A stretch of 64,000 nt of DNA from Chiloscyllium plagiosum. Its lineage: Eukaryota. The position numbers were made by a program, and so were the translations under genes. Shown piece after piece: positions 13,095 to 23,135 of the stretch (the first letter of the stretch is position 1; every line of letters starts with the position of its first letter). The stretch lies in the NCBI RefSeq assembly GCF_004010195.1, contig NC_057719.1, positions 8,906,221 to 8,970,220 of the forward strand. Reading direction: 5' to 3'. The notes beneath the pieces were generated by a model. The model did not search any database. It had not been told where the DNA came from and saw only the letters and a program-made list of their open reading frames with translations.

Positions 13095-14565
13095 TATAAC
13101 AAATTTCCCGAGACTGCCTTTAACAAACCATTCCCATCTTCTCTCCATGCAAACTCCCATTTTGCAGCGAGAACAACCATTGGAATGTGGTGAGGGCACA
13201 GGATCACACCAGTTACTGTCATTCACTGTAATTCCACACTGTAATCCGACAAGTCCACTGGGGCTGGTCCATCCCTCGTTGAAAAGACATCCACTAGTGG
13301 CGGGGTTATTAGAATTGGCGGATGCTCAAGCAGCCAGGGCTAGGGGAGTGTAGGAACCAAAGAGCTGGAAGACCCAAGGGCAGAGAAAGATTCAAAGACA
13401 TGGGTGAGATTTTACAAGAGGATGTGTTGATCGACCAGGACCCCACATACGTCAATGCGTGGATGGGGGCAATGGATGAACTTGACTTGGTTCTCCATGC
13501 AAACTCCCATTTTGCAGCGAGAACAACCATTGGAATGTGGTGAGGGCACAGGATCACACCAGTTACTGTCATTCACTGTAATTCCACACTGTAATCCGAC
13601 AAGTCCACTGAGGCTGGTCCATCCCTCGTTGAAAAGACATCCACGAGTGGCGGGGTTATTAGAATTGGTGGATGCTCAAGCGGCCAGGGCTAGGGGAGTA
13701 TAGAAACCACAAGAGCTGGAAGACCCAAGGGCAGAGAAAGATTCAAAGACATGGGTGAGATTTCACAAGAGGATGTGTTGATCGACCAGGACCCCACATA
13801 CGTCAATGCATGGATGGGGGCAATGGATGAACTTGACTTGATGCGAGTTCCTTTATAGGTAACAGGATTTTCAATGAGCTCAAGCTTACGGACATGATAA
13901 AGTGGGACACAGCCTGGACAGTACAGTCTCTCATTAGAATCAGCTGGTAGAGACTGTGTTGGCAATACATTACCATCTTCAAAACAAAACTTCCAACTCA
14001 CAGTCTCTTCGAAGAGACCATTCATTTTTGGCATGTCGATTTTCAACATGGCACAAGGGCATAGGACGGACACCGCAGATTGCACACGCATTACGCCAGC
14101 TGTGACCTCTGACCCATGCCCCCACCACCCACAATTCCCATTACCACTGGTTTCAATTCTATTTCGGTGGCAGTGAGCAAATCGTCCCCCGTCCCATGTC
14201 TGCGCTGACTGTACACTGAGAGAATAATCCTCCACCCCTTCCTAACTGCAACACAAGCTTCAGCATCTATTTTCTTAAAGTCATCCTTGTAAAACAACAG
14301 CAATGTTTCTTCTGCAGACAATCTCCAATGAAAATCAACAAACTGAACCTGATTGAGGCTAGGAGCCAGGGCTGGGGTGGGAAGGGATTGCAACCCAAGG
14401 AAATCCCAATGTTTTTTTTTAAGCCAGTCCGATTTGCTGACCCGATCTTTGAAGTATTTTGACGCACAAGTCCTGAAGGTAGGAAAACTGCCAAATCCCG
14501 AGCAACCCATTTCTGGGACTGCTAGTTGAAAACACCAAGCTCGCTACAGACAGGACTTGGGGTGT
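13095..14565 (-). pseudogene. Degraded coding-like insert of unknown origin; candidate endogenous viral element
   Basis: Non-repetitive segment with overlapping minus-strand ORFs (14091-14510 and 13690-14235) and a further Cys-rich frame. N-glycosylation sequons are present and there is no intron structure. See findings. Confidence 0.4.
13142..13840. repeat. Tandem duplication, 2 x ~350 bp
   Basis: 13142-13489 and 13492-13840 are near-identical, with scattered substitutions and a net 1-bp indel. Confidence 0.97.
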
Positions 14566-14579
14566 TGTGGGAGCAATTT

Positions 14580-14780
14580 CCTGCAGATGCTGGAATTTGT
14601 ACTGAAAACAGAAAATGCTGGAGATCACAGCGGGTCAGGCAGCATCTGTGGAGAGTGAGAAAGCTAATGTTTCAAGTCGAAGCTTATGGCTTCAAGTCAG
14701 CCCTGATGAAGCGTCATCGAGACTCGAAACGTTAGCTTGCTCTCTCTTTCCATGGATACTGCCCCACCTCCTTGGGGAAT
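14580..14780. mobile_element. Penelope pLTR-derived repeat with a hammerhead-like core at 14703-14735 (+)
   Basis: ctgatga-agcgtc-atcga-gactc-gaaac-gttagc. Confidence 0.7.
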
Positions 14781-15391
14781 TTTACTTCTCTTTGGCAAGG
14801 TGTGGGGAGGTGAAAAAGAAGCTGTATTTTATTTCACTGAACAACTCAGAAAAGACAATGTTTTGTTCATTTTTAATTTAACACCAAGTTGCTCCTCTTC
14901 CACTATATTAACATCAACAGTGACTGAATGAATTGAATTGGCTTAATCACAAGGGACTGGAGATATTTGTTTCTTTAACTGGTGTTCAGGGATCACAATA
15001 CAATATTTCTCGCCCATTCTCCCCAGGAGAATCCAGACCCGACAGAATCACTCGAGACAATCAATCACTTGAGCTGACGAGGAGAGGTTTTGAGACCTTA
15101 TATCTCCTAACACTAGTGGTCCAGCAATATTGCTGATGATGAAACCAGCACAATTAGATTGGGCTGTTGCTAAACAAGATTTGTTCCATTCATCACCAAG
15201 TCTTGTCAGTAGCGAGCGAGGGACATGAAAGTTAATTTCTGTGCAACTTCCAAATCAGAGCAGGCCGACCCACGATCGTTCTGTCAGGTCGGAAACGAGT
15301 TGGCCTGCAGTAATTTTTTTGAGGAATGGATTGAAAAGACCATGAAAGAGGTGGTGACAACATGTTACTGACTGCCATCAGGGTTACTCAC

Positions 15392-15573
15392 TATGTGAAG
15401 CTGAAGGAAGTCTCCCAGACCAGGAGCGCTATCCACTCGCACCAGGATTGCATCTTTCACTGATGTGCTGAATCCAACAGCTAGGCGGTCGGTCCTTGTG
15501 CTGGGTCTGTCGTTGGCCGGCCATGTGTAGGTAATGACCCCGCCTCCTCGGCCAAATATGTATGTAGTACCAG
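15392..15573 (-). CDS. NRXN3: Internal coding exon of a neurexin (start of LNS6/laminin-G domain shared by alpha and beta neurexins), most similar to neurexin-3
   Basis: Translates as (x)[60 protein letters not shown]. Acceptor is cttccAG (AG at 15575-15574) and donor GTGAGT starts at 15391. Length is 182 bp with a phase-1 start and phase-0 end. [13 protein letters not shown] and [12 protein letters not shown] are NRXN3-like. The neurexin call is firmer than the paralog assignment. Confidence 0.93.
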
Positions 15574-15612
15574 CTGGAAGACAATAGGATATTCTATCAG
15601 CACTGTGCTTGG

Positions 15613-15906
15613 CACAGGTATCACAGATCACAGTATCCCAATTCACATGTATCCCAATTCACAGTTATCTTAGTTCACAGGTATCACAGATCACAGTATC
15701 CCAATTCACATGTATCCCAATTCACAGTTATCTTAGTTCACAGGTATCACAGATCACACTATCCCAATTCACAGGTTCCCAGTTCACAGTTATCTTAGTT
15801 CACAGGTATCACAGATCACACTATCCCATTTCATACGTATTCCAGTTCACAGGTATCACAGGTTACAGGTTTCCCAGTTCACAGTTACCATAGATCACAG
15901 TTACCA
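15613..15906. repeat. 63-bp-unit minisatellite built of ~16-bp subunits
   Basis: Unit starts (cacaggtatcacagatcaca) at 15613, 15676, 15739 and 15801, then the array decays. Confidence 0.92.
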
Positions 15907-16780
15907 GAGTCGTATTGTAATCTCACCACCAAAGCTCAATGCCTTCACCTCAAAATTAAAAGGGAAACACTTTGCTCGCGATTTCCTCAAGATGCTTCCC
16001 GATTGGCCTTTTGTACCCGTTTCTGCTGATACAGCCATTGGTTTAAAATTTGGGGGGGGGTGGGGTTTTAAATCCCAAATTTTTAACAAAATTACGCCAA
16101 CCAATCAGGAGGACAGCCTGAGGAAATTCCCAGACATTGCTCAGGAATGGACAACACAGCCCGCGGAAACCTGGAACAAGGGTTGGCTATTCAGCCCATC
16201 AGGTCTGCTGTACTATTCAACATAATGGAGGCTGACCTTCTGTCTCAGTGACACACGCACATTTTCTCTCCCCATACCCCTTGACAATAAATGTTCAAAT
16301 TTGAGACTTCCCCACTGGCCTGTGCTGATGTTTAAGTTTCAAATGAATCACCTCCCATTCCCTTTCATCCCAACCTGAGTATCCATTTGAAAATAAAGTC
16401 GCCATTTTAAAAGAAGTGTTGAATATTTTTACCTGCTTTGACCGAACATGTTAACTTTGATTGTACCTTTGGAGGTTTATGGCATGACCTCTAACTTCCA
16501 GTTGCATCCTTCCCCTGACCTCTTGCCTCCAGTTGCACCCTTCCCCTGACCTCTCACCTCCAATTGCACCCTTTCGTCCATCCCATCCTTTCCCTGGTCA
16601 CCTGATTTGTTTGTCCTCACAGCACACTCTGTCTCTCTTCCCTGTCCAGCTGGGTGTGAAGCCTGGTGATTTCTTACCACAGTGAAAGACCCAAGACTTG
16701 CCCAAATAAACAGGAAAGAAATTCAGAAAACAAAAACACACGCCTTTCATGAAACAAATTACTGCAAGTTGCAGCAGTGG

Positions 16781-17100
16781 TATAGAATCAGAGAATCCCT
16801 ACAGTGCAATAAGAGGCTATTCAGCCCATCGATTTTGCACTGTCCCTCCGAAGAGCATCCCACCCAGAACCCCCCCCCCCCCCCACCTTATCTCAGTAAC
16901 CCTGCATTTCCCACGGATAACCCACCTTGCCTGCACATCCCTGGAATCTATGGGCAATTTAGCATGGCCGATCCAACTAATCTGCACGCCTTTGGGAGGA
17001 AAACGGAGCACATGGAGGAAATCCAAACAGACACAGGGAGAACGTGCAAACTTCACACTGACAGTCACCTGAGGGTGGAATTGAACCCAGGTTCCTGGCA
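16781..17100 (-). mobile_element. HE1-type V-SINE, older subfamily
   Basis: Reverse complement of the HE1 core (gggcaatttagcatggcc...tgcaaacttcacac). Confidence 0.8.
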
Positions 17101-17380
17101 CCATTTCCTTTTTAATGGCTTTAATCGATTGCATATTGACCTCCGAAAACTCAAATTCTTACTTCAGAATGTACTCGAGATACTTGATATGAATCCCAGC
17201 TATTATGTTAAAGACATTCCAATAAATAAAATTAAATCTTTACTGCTCTTCAAGATCGTTTCCTTTGTGTGTGTTATGCTCTCAGTTATTAACGGCTCCA
17301 TTGAAAACAAAACAAAACAGGGGAGACCATCTCCGACTTCAGTGAATAGCTGCAGTGAAATGTGGAACACCACCAACACC

Positions 17381-17703
17381 GTGGGTGGCACGGTGGCACA
17401 GTGGTTAGCACTGCTGCCTCACAGCGCCAGAGACCCGGGTTCAATTCCCGCCTCAGGCGACTGACTGTGTGGAGTTTGCACGTTCTCCCCGTGTCTGCGT
17501 GGGTTTCCTCCGGGTGCTCCGGTTTCCTCCCACAGTCCAAAGATGTGCAGGGTCAGGTGAATTGGCCATACTAAATTGCCCATAGTGTTAGGTAAGGGGT
17601 AAATGTAGGGGTATGGGTGGGTTTCGCTTCGGCGGGTCGGTGTGGACTTGTTGGGCCGAAGGGCCTGTTTCCACACTGTAATCTAATCTAATCTAATCTA
17701 ATC
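17381..17703 (+). mobile_element. Full-length HE1-type V-SINE, young
   Basis: tRNA-like head with A box (tggcacagtgg) and B box (ggttcaattcc), V-domain core, CR1-like 3' end and (TAATC)n tail; CpGs intact. Confidence 0.92.
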
Positions 17704-17754
17704 AGAGAGTATGGACAATGAGAAAGTTCAAGACAGCAATTAAAAAAGTAAAGA

Positions 17755-17875
17755 TTAGAATGGTGCTGGAAAAGCACAGCAGGTCAGGCAGCATCCGAGG
17801 AGCAGGAAAATCGACGTTTCGGGCAAAATCCCTTATTCAGGACTCTGATCTTTAGCAGTCCTCACTTTCACCTAG
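17755..17875 (-). mobile_element. Penelope pLTR-derived repeat with a degenerate hammerhead core
   Basis: gctggaaaagcacagcaggtcaggcagcatccgagg family; the CUGAUGA box is mutated. Confidence 0.75.
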
Positions 17876-19139
17876 CAACAAAAAAAGCCTGACTGTCTTG
17901 GTACAGCTGGGTATCGAAGTCTCAGTTGAGGAGTTTAGCAAAGCTGTTCACTCACCTGTCGTGGTCAAACGTCCAGGTATTGATGCTTTACTGTCTGAAC
18001 TTATCAAGTATGAAAACCAGCTCTCTTGCTGGTCAGACTGAAAACCTAAATCCACATTCCCATTTACCCCAGATAAGTTTGCACCCCTTTGCTTACCAAG
18101 TATCTAAACACCCTCACCATAAAAGTATACCAGGGCCATGTTTTCAAATCCTTTCACAAACAGAGTTCAAACTTGAACAGAGAAAAATTAATCACCTTGT
18201 CTCTCAGGTGGCACGGTAGGTCTGTGGTTATCGCTGCTGCCTCACAGCACCGGGGACCCAGGTTTGATTCCAGCCTCAGGCGACTGCCTATGTGGGATGT
18301 TGCTGCCAAGTCTTAGTGGGGAAAGGCCTCTGAAGTTAAATTGGGGGTCTGTTCAGTTATTGGACCCTCCTAATGCCTTAAATGTATTTAAACATTGTAT
18401 GTGTAAGAGGGTTTTTTGGATAGAGTCAAACTCCAATGATTTGTTCTGAAAACCATAAATGCTGGAGATCAGAGCGGGTCAGGCAGCATCCATGCAGAGA
18501 GAGCAAGCTAATGTGTTGAGTCGAGATGATACCTCATCATGTTTTGTTTGTTTTCTTGATTTGAAACTGTACAGAATGGAACTGCCTGTCTGCATAGATA
18601 TATATGCAATTTTTTTAATGAATCAAGTATATTTTTGAAAAAAAACAAGGACTGTCTGTATGGAGTTTGTGCGTTCTCCCCATGTCTGTGTGGGTTTCCT
18701 CCGGGTGCTCTGGTTTCCTCCCCCAGACCAAAGATGTGCAGGTTTGATGGATTGGCAATGCTAAAATGCCCATAGTGGTCAGGGTAGGTGGATTAGCCAT
18801 GGGAAATGCAGGGTTATGGGGATAGGGCAGGGACTGGGTCTGGACAGGATGCTTTTTGAAGGGTAGCTGTGGATGACTGGTGTCCTTCCAAACAGTAGGG
18901 ATTCTATTTTAAATTGGCAGCTCTCAGTTATAATCTGTCACCCTTAAAAATTGGGATTCTTCCATAATAGGAAACATCCTCTTCCCATCTATCCTGTCAA
19001 AAGTTCGCAGAATCTAATATATTTTATTCAGACTACAAGCCGAAACTGTCCAACATTTCCTCGTGAGTAATCCCATCCCATTTCAGGTAAAACTTCTCGG
19101 AACTGCTTCCAATGGTTTTCACCATTCCATTACTTGCAA

Positions 19140-21010
19140 CATAGAGTCAGAGATAAACAACATGGAAACAGAGCCTTAGGTCCAACCTGTCCATGCCAAC
19201 CACAGATCTGAAATAAATCTAGCCCCATTTGCCAGCACTTGGCCAATATCCCTCTAAGGATATGGGCCCTCCTTCGACTGACCGAACTGGTCCTCACCCT
19301 GAAACTCAAAGCACTCCGCTTCTTCCTTTCCCGCCGTACCACCCAGTACCCTTCCACCGACACCCTCCTTCGACTGACCGAACTGGTCCTCACCCTGAAC
19401 ATGTAATTGTATCAGCTTCCACCACTTCCTCTGGCAACTCATTCCATACATGCACCACCCTCTGCGTGAAAATGTTGCCCCTTTGGTCCCTTTTAAACCT
19501 TACCCTTTTCACCTGAAATCTATGCCCTTTAGTTTTGGACTCTCTTACTCTGGGGAAATAACTTGTCTATTTATCCTATCCATGCCCCTCATGACTTTAT
19601 AAACCTCCATAAGGTCACCCCTCAGCCTCTTACGCTCCAGGGAAACAACCCCAGCCTATTCAGCCTCTCTTTATCGCTCAAACCCTCCAAGCTTGTAACA
19701 TCTTTGTTAATCTTTTCTGAATCCTTTCAAGTTTCACAACATCCTTCCTGTAGCTTGGAGACCAGAACTGAACTCAGTATTCCAAAAGTGGCTTAACCAG
19801 CGTCCTGTACAGCCGTAACATGACCTCCCAACTCCTGTACGCAATGTACTGACAAATAAAGGAAAGCATACCAAATGCTTTCTTCACTATCCAATTGACC
19901 TGTGACTCCATTTTCAGGAAACTATGAACCTGCATTCCTCAGCAATACAGCCCAGGACCTCACCATCAAGTGTGTAAGTCCTGCTCTGATTTACCTTTCC
20001 AAAATGCAGCACCTCGGATTTATCTAAACTAAACTGCATCTGCCACTTCTCAGCCCGTTGGCCCATCTGATCAAGATCCGTCGTAATCTGTCCATTACAC
20101 CTCCAATTTTGGTGTCATCTGCAAATTTAGTAACCATACTTCCTACCTTCACATCCAAATCACTTATATAAATTATGAAATGAAGGAGACCAATACTGCA
20201 CACAATACTCCTGATGTGTTCTTAACATTGCCCTGTGTAACTGAAGCACAATTTCTCTATTTTTGTGTTCAATTGCCCTCATGATAAATGATGACATCCT
20301 ATTCGCTTTCCAAGCAACTTGCAGCACCTGTGTACTAGCCATTTGTGTTTCATGCACCAGGAGACACAGATCCCTCTGCATTGCAGAGTTCTGTAATTTC
20401 TCACCATTTAGCCAATATAATTCTTGTTTATTCTTTCTGTCAAAATGGATAATTTCACATTTTTCCACTTTATACTCCATCTTTGCTATTTACATTTGGC
20501 TTGAAGGGCTGAATGGCCTACTCCTGCACCTATTTTCCATGTTTCTACGTTAGCCTATCAATAAATTTTGCAGCTTTGTTGTGTTCTCTTTACAACTTAC
20601 TTTCTGGCCTACCTCAGTATCATTGGCAAATCTGACAACCACACCTTCTGCCCCTTCAGTTGAGTCATTTGTGTAAATTGTAAGCAGTTGAGCTCCCAGC
20701 ACACCATTCATTTAATCTTACTAACCTGAAAGGGACCGGATTATGCCCATTCTCCAGTTCCTCAGCTAATCTCCTATCCATGCCACTATGCTAACTCATC
20801 AGCTTTTATTTTGCACGGTGATTTTTGATGTGGCACCTTACCAAATGCCTTTAGAAGCACAGTACATCCACCAATTCCCCTTCATTCACTGCAAATGTTA
20901 CTTCCTCAGAGAACTCCAATAGATTGGTCAGACATGATGGCCCTATCACAAAGTCATTTTGACTCTGGTTGAATGAATTGAACTGATTCAAGTGTCGCTA
21001 TAACTTCTTT
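19140..21010 (-). mobile_element. Cluster of decayed CR1 LINE fragments from at least two subfamilies
   Basis: CR1 3' UTR at 19140-19260 and ORF2 motifs KCEIIHF, QRDL..LVHE and EYCVQYWSP. Confidence 0.85.
19267..19400 (+). mobile_element. Penelope RT micro-fragment with an internal 37-bp duplication, embedded in CR1
   Basis: Reads LKALRFFLSRRTTQYPSTDTLLRLTELVLTLN (PLE RT). ccctccttcgactgaccgaactggtcctcaccctgaa occurs twice. Confidence 0.7.
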
Positions 21011-21034
21011 CATACTCGCTCTGAACAGGCATTT

Positions 21035-21655
21035 AACACGCTTGCCTTCAGTCCTTTCGGTGCAGGAGTTGGGAAGTCATATTAAGTTTGTACAGCACAT
21101 TGGTGAGGCGTCTACTGGAGTACTTGTCCAGTTCTGGTCTCCCAGTTATAGGAAGGATGTTATTAAGCTGGAGAGGGTTCAGAAGAGATTTACCAGGATG
21201 TTGCCAGGTATGGAAGGCTTGAGTTACAAAGAAAGGCTAGATGGACTGGGACCTTTTTTTCACTTGGAGCATAGGAGGTTGACAGGTGGCCTCATCGAGG
21301 TTTACGAAAACATGAGAGGTATAGATAGGATTAATGGCAAGTGTCTTTTCCCTGGGATGGGGGATATCATGATGAGGGTATATATTTTTAAGGTGAGAGG
21401 AGAGAGATTTGAAAAAGACATGAGAAGCAAATTATTTCCACAGAGCGTTTGCATGCATGTAGAATAAATTTCCTGAGGAAGTGGTGGGTGCGGGCACAGT
21501 TACAATGTTAACCAACACTTAGATAAGTACATGAATAGTAAAGACTTGGAGAGATATGGGTCAGGAGCAGGCAGGTGGGACTAGTTTAGTTTGGGATTAT
21601 GTTCGGCAGGGATTGGTTGGACCAAAGAGTCTGTTTCCATGCTGTATGACTCTAT
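21035..21655 (+). mobile_element. CR1 LINE 3' fragment
   Basis: QFWSPSYRKDVIKLERVQKRFTRMLPG, 3' UTR and tatgactc tail. Confidence 0.92.
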
Positions 21656-22148
21656 ACCTCCAGGACTATTGTTGAGCTAACCAGCCTATAGTTTCCTTCT
21701 CTCCGTCTCCCTCCCTTTTTGAATAAAGGAACAATATTCATTATCCTTCAATGGGACTTTCCCTGGAGGAAGGGACGAGGCGAATTAAAATCAGTGCACA
21801 GTTCCACTCTTTTTTTTTGAGTATTCATATGAACTCTTATTTTTAAAAATATGTTTGGCCAACTTTCTTTCAGACTCAAGCCTTTTTAAAAAAATTTTTC
21901 TCTGTTTTATTTACATTCTGTCCAACCTTTTAATCTGCCATCTGTCTTGGCACAATTATATGCTTTCTAAAAAGGTTTGAGACGACCTGTGACAGCTGCG
22001 AAACATACATATTGTGTATTCTGAAACATCCCCTTAAATTTGCTGCTGCATCTCTAATGGTCCATTGTTTAACCTACTTTATCAATTCACTTTTGCCAGG
22101 ACTGCATTCATGCTCCTATAATTGTCCTTAGTTAAATCTTTAAAAATA

Positions 22149-22468
22149 ATGCAATTCTGGTCTCCTTCCTATCAGAAAGATGTGAAACTTGAAAGGGTTC
22201 AGAAAAGATTTACAAGGATGTTGCCAGGATTGGAGGATTTGAGCTATAGGGAGAGACTGAACAGGCTGGCGCTGTTTCCCCTGGAGCGTCGGAGGCTGAG
22301 GGGTGACCTTATAGAGGTTTACAAAATTATGAGGTGAATAGGAAGGGTTTGGAGGGATATGGGCTGGGTGCTGGCAGGTGGGACTAGATTGGGTTGGGAT
22401 ATCTGGTCGGCATGGACGGGTGGACAGAAGGGTCTGTTTCCATGCTGTACATCTCTATGACTCCATGA
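22149..22468 (+). mobile_element. CR1 LINE 3' fragment with an internal deletion
   Basis: ERVQKRFTRMLPG...RGDLIEVYKIMR joined directly to the 3' UTR. Confidence 0.9.
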
Positions 22469-22649
22469 CCTACCCCTTTATTTCTGAAAGTGAATGCAAA
22501 ACGCATCTAGCAACATCTTCACTACAGGATCATTAAGTAGCCTTATTTTATTGCCCAGTACTAGGTCTGTATATCCTGCTCTTTGGTTGACTCTCGAGCA
22601 TGTTGTTCAAAGAAATTATCCCAAACACATTCCATGAATTTCCTATTTT

Positions 22650-23135
22650 TTAAATATTCATTGATGGGATGTGAACATCGCTGCCTGGACCAGCATTTAT
22701 TGCCCGAGCCTGGTTGCCCCCTTGAGAAGGTGGTGGTGAGCTGCCTTCTTGAACCGTTGCAACCCATCTTCTGTGGGTTGATCCACAATGCCATTAACGA
22801 GGGAATTCCAGGATTTTGACCCAGCGACAGTGAAGGAACGGCGATATATTTCCAAGTCAGGATGGTGAGTGGCTTAGGGGGGAATTTGCAGGTGGTGGTG
22901 TCCCAAGTACCTGCTGCCCTTGTCCTTCTAGATGGAAGTGGTCATGAGTTTGGAGGGTGCTGTCTGAGGATTATTGGTGAATTTCTGCCGTGCATCTTGT
23001 AGATAGTACACCCTGCTGCTACTGAGCATCAGTGGTGGAGGGAGTGGATGCGTGTGGGTGTAGTGCCAACCAAGCGGGCTGCTTTGTCCTGGATAGTGTC
23101 AAGCTTCTTGAGTGTTGTTGGAGCTGCACCCACCC
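22650..23135 (-). mobile_element. Second CR1-group LINE family, 3' end
   Basis: Same family as 38370-38670, 56530-57330 and 62365-62905 (KLDTIQDKAARL motif). Confidence 0.8.

Noticed and set aside
13100..13170. GVCMERRWEWF resembling the neurexin EGF segment GVCMQQWEGF
   Set aside because: It lies downstream of the LNS6 exon (wrong order), the EGF cysteine spacing is absent and there are no matching splice sites.
1..15391. Next neurexin exon (xQGKIGVVFN...-type)
   Set aside because: Not found by eye or in the ORF track; it probably lies beyond the window start, though a missed exon cannot be excluded.
17381..17460. tRNA gene
   Set aside because: The A and B boxes belong to a SINE head; no complete cloverleaf or terminator.
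16682..17464. 260-aa ORF
   Set aside because: Chance read-through across two HE1 SINEs and the spacer between them.
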